A stretch of 64,000 bases of DNA, from positions 11,988 to 75,987 of the forward strand of contig JABDDE010000002.1 in assembly GCA_013287775.1 (NCBI GenBank), given 5' to 3'. This DNA comes from Chlamydiota bacterium (GTDB lineage: Bacteria > Chlamydiota > Chlamydiia > Chlamydiales > FEN-1388). Numbering within the stretch: the first letter of the stretch is position 1; every line of letters begins with the position of its first letter. The notes under the pieces are model-generated. The model had not been told where the DNA came from and searched no databases. It saw only the letters and a program-made list of their open reading frames with translations. This document shows positions 36,189-44,452 of this stretch, in pieces. Both the position numbers and the translations under genes were made by a program.

Positions 36189-36691
36189 GAGTAATAAGAT
36201 TTTTTTTCAAATTAATGGTTTATTTTTTTGCGTTCTGTAATTTTTTTTATTTCATATTTTTGGCCGAAAGATATGTAGACTTGAAAGATGATGAAAAATT
36301 TAGGAATTGGCTGGGGCGAGAATTTGAAATGAAGAAAGGTGTTTTTATTCACCATCAGTTTGCTACAAATAGATTTTATCTTGAAGTATCAACAGCTGCC
36401 GAATCTTTTCCGCAGAATATAGACGAGTATCTCCAATCGCCAGAAAAATGGGGTAATGGTACAGAGGATTGGCGTCAACCCGTTATACCAGGGACAAGGT
36501 TTAAAATTGAACGAATTTATATAGATCAGAAGCCGGCAGTAGTCTCCATATTTATTATTCAAGCAGTGATAGTAAATGGAATACATAAAAATTTGCGTGT
36601 GCAGGCTAGGGAAATTTTTAAGTGTGATCATATAACTCATGAAATTTTTAGCCCGAAAAATGATTTGTGCCGCGAAGTTTTGTATGACTAA
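36185..36691 (+). CDS. hypothetical membrane-anchored protein
   Basis: ATGA overlap with the upstream stop. N-terminal TM helix FFFKLMVYFFAFCNFFYFIFL. Confidence 0.5.
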   Translation: MRVIRFFFKLMVYFFAFCNFFYFIFLAERYVDLKDDEKFRNWLGREFEMKKGVFIHHQFATNRFYLEVSTAAESFPQNIDEYLQSPEKWGNGTEDWRQPVIPGTRFKIERIYIDQKPAVVSIFIIQAVIVNGIHKNLRVQAREIFKCDHITHEIFSPKNDLCREVLYD

Positions 36692-36715
36692 ACATATTTC
36701 ATTAGGTTAATGATA

Positions 36716-36820
36716 ATGCATAATTCTATTAAGCCAATGTTAGGGAGGTATGCATGCCGTTCGTTTCAAGAACACGAGCAAGCTCTTCGCGAAATTCTGC
36801 AGGAAATCGCTCTTGGATGA
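36716..36820 (+). pseudogene. AbiEii-type nucleotidyltransferase toxin, N-terminal stub 2
   Basis: MHNSIKPMLGRYACRSFQEHEQALREILQEIALG*. No NTase core follows. Confidence 0.55.
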
Positions 36821-36854
36821 TGTATACTTAAGTTGTAAATATGGAGGTAAATGT

Positions 36855-37124
36855 ATGAGAAAGCATATGCATGTCTCTGAGGAAAAAACAAAAGTCACAT
36901 TTGAATGCTCCCCCGAGGAGAAGATATATATTAAGATGCTCGCAGCTAAGTCTTGTATGACTCTTGGCGATTTTATACTGTCTTATCTTAAAATTGATTT
37001 CCCAAAGAAAAAAAGAAAAGCAAATAAAGAAACGCTTGAAGCGATTAAAGAATTACGAGAAGGGACGCTTTACGAGTCCATGGAGGATTTTTGGGCAGAT
37101 ATGGGAGTCAAACCAAGTGGATGA
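36855..37124 (+). CDS. orphan RHH-type antitoxin (paralogue of 41328-41615)
   Basis: GGAGG RBS. KVTFECSPEEKIYIKMLAAKSCMTLGDFILSYL parallels RMTIDFPVMKHKQLKAIAALLGIPMKEFILSCV. No toxin gene downstream. Confidence 0.55.
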   Translation: MRKHMHVSEEKTKVTFECSPEEKIYIKMLAAKSCMTLGDFILSYLKIDFPKKKRKANKETLEAIKELREGTLYESMEDFWADMGVKPSG

Positions 37125-37158
37125 CCTCTCATTCAATATTATTCTAGCAGGCTATTTA

Positions 37159-38208
37159 TCAGTAGGTTTCCCAGTACTTGGGTGATAGGAGCACGCCAAC
37201 TGCATTCGCGCCTTGTGTTCCTGCATAGTGGACTTGAGAGATATCGAGAGCTTGCATTATTCCAAGGGCAAGGATGAGATTTGAAACAACGTAGGCTGAT
37301 ACACCTTTGTATTCTTGTGCAATGGAATCTTTCATCATAATTGCATCATCATCGAGATTTACTCTCGATTCGATTTCCTGTTGCAATCGCAGGCTGTTGA
37401 AATCAGTATTCTGTAGCATGCCATATAAGGGATTGATCCCGACTTCCAGTACAATAGTATCTGGACGATGCAATTTTTGACGCAGAGTTGCAGGAACGTC
37501 TTTGAGAGTATCCTTAATGAACTGAAGAGCTTGAGTGACTTGTGGCTTTGAAATGGGGTTTGGACTTACTGTTTGATCTGTCCTGCCTTGGATTTGCAAA
37601 AGAGCAATTTTAAAAGGGATTTTCCCCAGTTTTCCCTGGTAGACCATGTAATGATCATCACATTTCATGGTGATTTGAAAGCTTGCTCCGCCAAAATCCC
37701 ACGAAACTGCATGCACTGGATCTATACCAGATATGCTCACAGCGCTGATAAATCCTAAAATTCCCTCTTCTTCTTGGGAAATTATGGTCACCGGGACTCC
37801 TGCTTCATTCTTGATGCGTTCGGCTAAGGCCTCACCGTTTTTAGCAAGTCGAAGGGTTTCTGTGGCAACGGCGTGGCGAGCTTCAGGATGAAAAGGGGCA
37901 GCTTTTTCTAGTAATTGTACGATTGCTTCCACTGTCTGATTTTGGATATCGGAGCTTAATCTTCCATCGAGACTTTTTACTAAACTTTCTCGTAATTTCA
38001 CCGTGGCGATGTCGGTCAGTAATACATTAACAATCTTATTCGCTGTAATATCGACATCGGATACCTGCATCTTTATCTGGCCAGAGCCTATATCAAATGC
38101 TGCCCTTCGTTCTATTTTGTGTGGCTGGGGAGCATTAGTGCCAAAAATTACTCCTACAGGAGCTACTGTTAGCAATACAGCTACAAGCAGATAGAGTGTT
38201 TTTTTCAT
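37159..38208 (-). CDS. secreted ASKHA-fold phosphatase, Ppx/GppA - GDA1/CD39 (NTPDase) superfamily
   Basis: ATG at 38208 with GAGGAA RBS and a signal peptide. Motifs FDIGSGQIKM, ATETLRLA, QEEEGILGF and DFGGASFQ. Confidence 0.6.
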   Translation of the reverse strand: MKKTLYLLVAVLLTVAPVGVIFGTNAPQPHKIERRAAFDIGSGQIKMQVSDVDITANKIVNVLLTDIATVKLRESLVKSLDGRLSSDIQNQTVEAIVQLLEKAAPFHPEARHAVATETLRLAKNGEALAERIKNEAGVPVTIISQEEEGILGFISAVSISGIDPVHAVSWDFGGASFQITMKCDDHYMVYQGKLGKIPFKIALLQIQGRTDQTVSPNPISKPQVTQALQFIKDTLKDVPATLRQKLHRPDTIVLEVGINPLYGMLQNTDFNSLRLQQEIESRVNLDDDAIMMKDSIAQEYKGVSAYVVSNLILALGIMQALDISQVHYAGTQGANAVGVLLSPKYWETY

Positions 38209-38233
38209 AAGTTCCTCACTTTTCATATTCTTG

Positions 38234-38743
38234 TTAGGAGATAGCCTCCCTTTCTAGCAGCCATTTTTTGCGCTCGATGCCGCCACTATACCCACCTAAT
38301 TCGCCATCCTTACAAATGACTCGATGGCAAGGCACCACAATGGTGAGCAGGTTACTTGCAATTGCCTTGGCAACGCCTCTACAAGCCGTAGGTCTTCCAA
38401 TTTTGGAGGCAATATCAGAATAGGATAGGGTCTCACCATAAGGGATATTGCACAGCTCTTTCCATACTCGTTTTTGAAACGGGGTACCGAGTAGTTGCAC
38501 GGGCGTTGTAAAGGTCTTGAGTGTGCCTTTGAAATAGCTCCGGAGCTCTGCATCTATTGTACGAATTGGAGAGGACATGCCCTGGACGACGGTGGCATCG
38601 AATTGTGACTCCATTCTGGCAATATTTCTGATAGCGTCTTGTTTCGAAATAAACCACAAGAGAATGAGTTTGTTCGCATTCGAAATCACGGTAAGTTCCC
38701 CAAGAGGGGTCTCTAGCCATGCTACGTTGAGTTTACGACCCAT
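38234..38743 (-). CDS. ogt: methylated-DNA-protein-cysteine methyltransferase
   Basis: VPCHRV active-site motif and YGETLSYSDIA. Confidence 0.8.
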   Translation of the reverse strand: MGRKLNVAWLETPLGELTVISNANKLILLWFISKQDAIRNIARMESQFDATVVQGMSSPIRTIDAELRSYFKGTLKTFTTPVQLLGTPFQKRVWKELCNIPYGETLSYSDIASKIGRPTACRGVAKAIASNLLTIVVPCHRVICKDGELGGYSGGIERKKWLLEREAIS

Positions 38744-39276
38744 TTTGTAATATGTGCAGCGAGCTGCTTTGAGAGTTCTGGTAGTCTTGCCATAATATGT
38801 TTAGAGGTATCGGCAGTACAGTAATCGGAAACGATCTTGTGCATAGTGAGGGGAACGTTTTTCTCTTGCGCAAACTGTGCAATCGAAAAGCCCTCCATAT
38901 CGATGATGTCATAGTTTTTTGCTAAGGTATCGCGCAGCTGTGGGTCATGCAGCGGCACGGGTGATGAAATAAGCTTCAGACCATCTCTTTGGAGCTGAAT
39001 GGATTGCTCATCTCGTCCAACGAGCTGCACTGCATGAATTGACCCGACATGAATATTTGTTTTGAGGGCGCCCACAATACCAAAATTACTAATCTTAGTA
39101 ATAGCATGCATGTGGCTGCTGAGCCGCTCATAGGTGGTTGTGAGGCCCATGCCAGTAATTAAAATATGGCCATACGGACAATGATACAAGTGGCTCTCTA
39201 TTTTTGTTGCTTGTAGCGATGCTAGGGACGCCTCTGCTTCTTTTTCTGTGGCAAAACAAATAAGCGTGCTCATCAT
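38722..39276 (-). CDS. nucleoside phosphorylase/nucleosidase superfamily protein (MTAN/futalosine hydrolase-like)
   Basis: DMEGF motif and GMG near the N-terminus. ATG at 39276 lies 2 nt after the upstream stop. Confidence 0.5.
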   Translation of the reverse strand: MMSTLICFATEKEAEASLASLQATKIESHLYHCPYGHILITGMGLTTTYERLSSHMHAITKISNFGIVGALKTNIHVGSIHAVQLVGRDEQSIQLQRDGLKLISSPVPLHDPQLRDTLAKNYDIIDMEGFSIAQFAQEKNVPLTMHKIVSDYCTADTSKHIMARLPELSKQLAAHITKWVVNST

Positions 39277-39277
39277 T

Positions 39278-40045
39278 TTATTTTGGTTTTTGTACAATGG
39301 CGTACACAACGCTCCATGGCACCACTTTTCCATCCAGATTTTCTGCCTCTCCATCAAGAGAAGTACAGCACTGAATAATAGTATATTTGCCATCAAGTAA
39401 TTTTTTTACTTCCTCTGGGGAAAAGGTGCTTAGGTTGTGGTCCTTCGCACGAATATCGCCTTTGCCCCAAAAGGTTGCTGCAAAAATACCGCCAGGCTTC
39501 AGATGATGATAAACAGTATCTAATACAGAGTCAAGATCTTTTCGAGGGACGAAGCATAAACTGTTATTGGCAATGATAAGATCCACATTTTGAGGCAGAT
39601 GCATATCACGAAAATCTTCGTTCTGTAAAACGAGGCGTTGTTTGTCTGCTTCAGATGTTGATGCAGCGAGCGCTTTTAATGATTCTGGAAAGACATCTAC
39701 GGCATGCACTATCCATGTTTTGAGACTGAGTAAGTGCTTTGTCCATACGCCAGTGCCAGAGCCCAAATCTACGGCCACACCTTGAGAGATGCCATGTGTA
39801 TTGGCTACTCTCAGTACCTTATCGAGAAAGTCTGTGTTTGAGCCATATTTAATTTCTGAGACTTTCTGAATTTCCATCATGTTCATAAGCCCACAATCCG
39901 TATGAAACACGAGTTCATTTAAGTTGGGCGGATTTTGTAATAATGTCTCATATTTTTTCTGGCATTCCGGAGTATTCTGAGCAGCATAGATACAGCTCAT
40001 GCTTAATACCTGCATACACAATATGCATATTTTCCATATATTCAT
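39278..40045 (-). CDS. class I SAM-dependent methyltransferase with signal peptide
   Basis: VDLGSGTGVW motif I. ATG at 40045 with GAGGTG 7 nt upstream. Confidence 0.7.
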   Translation of the reverse strand: MNIWKICILCMQVLSMSCIYAAQNTPECQKKYETLLQNPPNLNELVFHTDCGLMNMMEIQKVSEIKYGSNTDFLDKVLRVANTHGISQGVAVDLGSGTGVWTKHLLSLKTWIVHAVDVFPESLKALAASTSEADKQRLVLQNEDFRDMHLPQNVDLIIANNSLCFVPRKDLDSVLDTVYHHLKPGGIFAATFWGKGDIRAKDHNLSTFSPEEVKKLLDGKYTIIQCCTSLDGEAENLDGKVVPWSVVYAIVQKPK

Positions 40046-40101
40046 AATATTACACCTCATTGATACAAACACTATAGCACACCAGGATAAAAGGGGGCAA
40101 G

Positions 40102-41034
40102 ATGAGATGTGCTATCGATGGAAAGGTGTGGTGTATTGATGATGGGGCGGCCCATTTGGTGGCCTCTTTGCAAGCCCTTGGCAACATACTTCCTAAGGGG
40201 CCTGTTTGGAATTTTGCCATTGGGACGGGTGTAGGAATAGGTTTTACTGACAGCGAACATCACATTCGAGACTTATCGGGTGCATGGGTGTTTTTTGATG
40301 GAAATCCCTGGGGTATGAAGGAGCCACGTTCTGGATTACCAATGTGGCAGGCTTGTGGATCGCGCTCTGGGTTTGATCAGATTGTTTCGGAGAATCAGGG
40401 AATTGTAAATGACAGTGTGTTTCTAGAATTTGCGCTTCGTTGGAAAGCCTATATCGAGCATTGTGTTTTTGAGCATGCCACAAATATGTTGTGGGCAAGA
40501 CCTGCGTCAATCATTTTTACAGGTGGCCATATTGATGTCTATGCGGATCGCTTGGTGAATATACTCCAGACATACTCTCTGCCGGTTCCTCTATTTACTG
40601 GTCCGAAACATGGTGGTCTATTGGGTGCAGCGTGGTATACAGTGCTCCATTCTTTTGGTGAAGAAGCATTGATCGAGGCGATTGTTTCTAAAAAGGTAGA
40701 ACAAGTTGCGGGGCTTCTCCAGCAAGGTGCCGACGTGAATAAAAAGGATACCTTAGGCAAAAGTCCTCTCATGGCTGCCGTTGCAACAGGCTCGCTTGCA
40801 ATAGTAGAGTTATTGATACAACATGGTGCTGCAATAGATGCAGCCGATTTTGCAGGACAGACCCCTCTGTTTCACGCAGTCAAAACGGGTAAGGATGATA
40901 TCGCTGCCTTTTTATTAGAACATGGTGCTGATAGCAGGCATACCGATTACTGGTGCCACACAGCCGCATTTTTTGCGAAGCGGAATCAGGACATGGAAAA
41001 GATCTTACCATTACATTGCGCTGCAAAAATGTAA
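40102..41034 (+). CDS. ROK/sugar-kinase-like (ASKHA) domain fused to three ankyrin repeats
   Basis: FAIGTGVGIGF and IIFTGGH...GLLGAAWY are followed by ANK repeats (GKSPLMAAVATGSLAIVELLIQHGAAID, GQTPLFHAVKTGKDDIAAFLLEHGAD). Confidence 0.6.
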   Translation: MRCAIDGKVWCIDDGAAHLVASLQALGNILPKGPVWNFAIGTGVGIGFTDSEHHIRDLSGAWVFFDGNPWGMKEPRSGLPMWQACGSRSGFDQIVSENQGIVNDSVFLEFALRWKAYIEHCVFEHATNMLWARPASIIFTGGHIDVYADRLVNILQTYSLPVPLFTGPKHGGLLGAAWYTVLHSFGEEALIEAIVSKKVEQVAGLLQQGADVNKKDTLGKSPLMAAVATGSLAIVELLIQHGAAIDAADFAGQTPLFHAVKTGKDDIAAFLLEHGADSRHTDYWCHTAAFFAKRNQDMEKILPLHCAAKM

Positions 41035-41046
41035 AAAATAATAATG

Positions 41047-41172
41047 GGTGTCGCAGCTACCGCAGCTCTATTTTTTAACAATTCCAGTAACCCCACGTTC
41101 CCTCGGCTGCACGCATAGCGGCATCCTTCGGTCACATGGGGCTAGAACACAAATTTTGCCGCTACCGCGGCA
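41047..41172. mobile_element. MITE-like element, internal right-arm fragment
   Basis: gcagctaccgcagctctattttttaac...ccccacgttccctcgg...ggggctag...gccgctaccgcgg modules. Confidence 0.6.
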
Positions 41173-41327
41173 GGAGCGTATTTCCTAAAAACGTCTTTAC
41201 GCTTTAATGCATATATAGTATAATTGAATTAAAAGGAAGAGCTGCATGCAAAATTTGCTTTGGAGCCAAAGTTATCGAATTTTGGGCCAAATGGAATTTT
41301 GTAAGTAGCTCTGGAGGGAGAGATTAT

Positions 41328-41615
41328 ATGGCTACACATTCTCATTCACATTCTCATCAAGATTTTGCACGCATGACAATAGATTTTCCCGTTATGAAAC
41401 ATAAGCAACTAAAAGCAATTGCAGCGTTGCTTGGTATTCCCATGAAAGAATTTATATTATCATGTGTTCTCGAAAAATTAGAGAGTAAAGAAATAGTAAA
41501 ATCTCTTGAAGATCAAAGGGATATCGCAGCAGGTGAACGTGGCATAAAAAGCATTAGGGAACGTGGGTATGATACTTTAGAGGAAGTAAAGCGCTACTTA
41601 GGACTAGATGATTGA
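41328..41615 (+). CDS. RHH-type antitoxin (RelB/ParD-like)
   Basis: 95 aa with an ATGA overlap to the RelE-like gene. Confidence 0.65.
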   Translation: MATHSHSHSHQDFARMTIDFPVMKHKQLKAIAALLGIPMKEFILSCVLEKLESKEIVKSLEDQRDIAAGERGIKSIRERGYDTLEEVKRYLGLDD

Positions 41616-41872
41616 TGTATACGATTATTTTTGAGATAGATTTAAAGAAAACCCTAAAAAAAATTCCAAAGCAAGATGCTAAAAAAATTATTGACACTAT
41701 CGACACACTTGCCAATAACCCAAGACCAAGATGGGTAGAACAACTGAAAGGGCACATTGAAACACTATATAGAATAAGAGTGGGTAGCTATCGGGTTATT
41801 TATACGATAAATGACAATACACTAGTTGTGTGTGTCGTAGATGTCGATCATAGAAAAGACGTATACAGATAG
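41612..41872 (+). CDS. RelE/ParE family toxin
   Basis: 86 aa. KKIIDTIDTLANNPRP...LYRIRVGSYRVIYTINDNTLVVCVVDVDHRKDVY is the classic RelE/StbE pattern. Confidence 0.75.
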   Translation: MMYTIIFEIDLKKTLKKIPKQDAKKIIDTIDTLANNPRPRWVEQLKGHIETLYRIRVGSYRVIYTINDNTLVVCVVDVDHRKDVYR

Positions 41873-41959
41873 ATGGTTTAGTAGACGCTGGTATTGAAAA
41901 AATGCGTCATAATATGCCATTCAATGTAGCGTGAGCTATACAGGGGGGGGGGCTATTTA

Positions 41960-41998
41960 CGTCATGTGCCATTTTCCGCAGGAAAATGGCACATGACG
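41960..41998. repeat. PAL-1 palindrome (subtype B), perfect
   Basis: cgtcatgtgccattttcc-gca-ggaaaatggcacatgacg. Confidence 0.9.
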
Positions 41999-42078
41999 CT
42001 ACAACACCACACTCCCTTCTATCAAGCTGCGATAATATGTTGATCGTCTAAGTAATTCTTGGGCAGAGTATGCCTTAA
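41981..42078. repeat. direct repeat DR1: PAL-1 right arm plus pseudo-copy of the last ~25 codons of the ABC gene
   Basis: Aligns with 44453-44558 apart from an 8-bp gap and a few substitutions. Followed by a solo MITE terminus at 42072-42087. Confidence 0.8.
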
Positions 42079-42208
42079 GTTGACACCATCAAGGGCTATT
42101 ACTCATCCAAAAGGATGCAATAAAAATCGGAATGTGATATCTTTAAGATATGCAGGTTACATTCATGGAACGTGAACTTAATCTGCACGAATTAGGAGTT
42201 TAAAATTC

Positions 42209-42817
42209 ATGGATCATGAACATAAAATTCACAAAAGAAATATCGATATCACTGTCGTGGCATTAGAGCAAGCATTAGACATGTTAGGGCAGTTACTTGC
42301 CGATCGTGGAGAGTATCACGAAGTTGTAATTATTGGAGGTGGAGGGCTTCTGTTATTGAGGTATATCGAGCGCACGACTAAGGATCTTGATTTAATTGCG
42401 TTAGTTAAGGAAGGAAAATTGATTACACCGAATCCCTTACCTCATGGGTTATTGCAGGCAGTTGATGAGGTAGGTCGTGCTCTTGAATTAGGAAAAGAGT
42501 GGTTCAATACAGGCCCGGCTTCGTTACTAGATTTGGGGTTGCCGTCGGGGTTTGAAAAACGAATGCAAACGAGTCGTTATGGCAGCTTAATAGTGCATCT
42601 TGCTAGCCGATTTGACCAAATATGTTTTAAGCTGTATGCTGCGATAGATCAGGGGCCATATAGTAAACATTTTTCCGATCTTAAAGTATTATCCCCCACA
42701 CGAGAAGAATTAGTCACAGCAAAAGAATGGTGCATTACACAAGACGCATCCCAAGAGTTCGTTACAGAGCTTGATAAAGCAGTATATGCATTGGAGACAA
42801 CAGATGGGAGCTCTTAG
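42209..42817 (+). CDS. minimal nucleotidyltransferase-fold protein (AbiEii/MNT/DUF6036-like)
   Basis: IIGGGGLLLLRYIERTTKDLDLI fits the hG[GS]-x9-13-D-x-D NTase motif. 202 aa. Confidence 0.55.
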   Translation: MDHEHKIHKRNIDITVVALEQALDMLGQLLADRGEYHEVVIIGGGGLLLLRYIERTTKDLDLIALVKEGKLITPNPLPHGLLQAVDEVGRALELGKEWFNTGPASLLDLGLPSGFEKRMQTSRYGSLIVHLASRFDQICFKLYAAIDQGPYSKHFSDLKVLSPTREELVTAKEWCITQDASQEFVTELDKAVYALETTDGSS

Positions 42818-43706
42818 TGCGCAGCTAGAGGCATATTTACTCGATCTTTCATGGAGCTTGTGGACTGAATTAGGTGTGGCAGGCGTGAAACGACAGCATC
42901 AAGATTTTCTTATTGACCCTGAAGCGCTCATCTTGTTGACGTCAGCTATAATGGAAAGCGATCCTAGGCTTCGTGATGAGGCTCTGGATTGGTGTGTTCA
43001 TAATCATCATTTTATTTCTGTAAGTCGACTTCGTGTTCTTGTCAAAGCACTTGAATCGTATATTGCAATTCCCTTTTCAGTGTTTTCTGGAACAGTAAAC
43101 GCTGTTGCTGGTGTCCATTGGCCTACTTTCACATCAGTATCACCATTAGCATTCGTACCAAGCAATAAGTCTACGTCGCCAAAATTAAATATGCCAGCAT
43201 TGCTGTATTTTCGATTGCGTACTTTATTTGGTGTGAGTGCGCGTGCTGATGTGCTTGCATTTTTTTTATCAGAGGAAAAGACTGATTTTGCTGCAGCAGA
43301 TGTGGCCGAAATTGGGTATAGTAAGCGTAACCTCTTTGATATATTAGAAGGATTTTCAAAAACAGGATTGTTTAATAGAAAATCAATTCGAAATCAGCAG
43401 CGATATTCTTTAGAGAAGCGAGCTCAAATGGAAAAGATAGCAGGGCCCCTGCCGAAATATTTTTTGCCCTGGCGAGCCTTTTTGGAAGTGATATTGCCAC
43501 TGCGTGCGTGTATTAAAGCCACTGAAAATAAATCGTTGAGTACAAAGGTTGTGGAAATACGTAATCTGTTATTACAGTTAGAAAATAAGTTAGTAGTCTT
43601 GCGTTATGCTCCTCCGGTTATGCAAGCAGATATTCAAGTTTATTGGGAATCATTTAGTCAATGGTTCTTGGCGAGAATACAAGAGGTTGCCTGTCAAGGC
43701 ATATAA
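42804..43706 (+). CDS. hypothetical protein with probable winged-helix segment, partner of the NTase
   Basis: 14-nt overlap with the NTase gene. AADVAEIGYSKRNLFDILEGFSKTGLF resembles a wHTH. Confidence 0.5.
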   Translation: MGALSAQLEAYLLDLSWSLWTELGVAGVKRQHQDFLIDPEALILLTSAIMESDPRLRDEALDWCVHNHHFISVSRLRVLVKALESYIAIPFSVFSGTVNAVAGVHWPTFTSVSPLAFVPSNKSTSPKLNMPALLYFRLRTLFGVSARADVLAFFLSEEKTDFAAADVAEIGYSKRNLFDILEGFSKTGLFNRKSIRNQQRYSLEKRAQMEKIAGPLPKYFLPWRAFLEVILPLRACIKATENKSLSTKVVEIRNLLLQLENKLVVLRYAPPVMQADIQVYWESFSQWFLARIQEVACQGI

Positions 43707-43717
43707 AAACCTATTTT

Positions 43718-43756
43718 CGTCATATGCCATTTTCCGCAGGAAAATGGCATATGACG
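43718..43756. repeat. PAL-1 palindrome (subtype B), perfect
   Basis: cgtcatatgccattttcc-gca-ggaaaatggcatatgacg, between convergent stops at 43706 and 43763. Confidence 0.9.
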
Positions 43757-43762
43757 CAGGTT

Positions 43763-44449
43763 TTACATCTGTTGAATAAGCTCTGACACGAGGAGGGACA
43801 CTTTTGGTTCCGTTTCGTGTGCAATCCGAATGATTTCTGGGATATTCACAGGTTGTAATGAATCCGGATGGCAATTGTCCGTAATAATTGAAATTCCAAC
43901 GACTCTCATGCCCATATGTTTTGCGGCGAGGTTTTCTGGAACGGTTGACATGCCAATTGCATCAGCTCCAATGATATAGAGCATTCTATATTCTGCACGT
44001 GTCTCGAGTGCAGGGCCTTTAAGTGCCGCATACACGCCTTTTTGGACAGGGATGTTATTAGTGTATGCAATTTGCTCGAGTTTAGAAATGAGCTGCAGGT
44101 CATATGGCTCGAACATATCAGGCCATCTAGGACCTACTTTGGGATCATTACGACCAATGAGAGGACTGTCCGACAGTAAATTAATGTGATCATTGATGAT
44201 CATAATATCACCAGGCTGAAACGTTGGATTAATCCCACCAGCGATATTGGTTACTATTAATGTTTGTGCACCAAGAGCTTTCATAACCCGGATAGGGAAT
44301 GTTACCTGCTGTGGCGTATACCCTTCATACAGATGAAGCCTTCCTTCCATAGCTACAACGACTTTGCCTCTACACTTGCCCAATAGCAGCTTACCAGCAT
44401 GATGATCTGTAGTAGCTGAAGGAAAGCCGGGAATATCTTCATAATTCAG
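43763..44449 (-). pseudogene. purine nucleoside phosphorylase (PunA/XapA-type), 5'-truncated
   Basis: Homology ([20 protein letters not shown]...GRLHLYEGY...) runs up to a stop at 44450-44452 next to a PAL-1 half-site. About 30 N-terminal codons and any start are missing. Confidence 0.6.
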
Positions 44450-44452
44450 TTA

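Noticed and set aside
41943-41952. Poly-G tract of 10 residues as a phase-variation switch
   Set aside because: It is intergenic, 70 nt downstream of the relE stop and 8 nt before a PAL-1 copy. It is not within or just upstream of any ORF start, so no obvious target of slippage exists.
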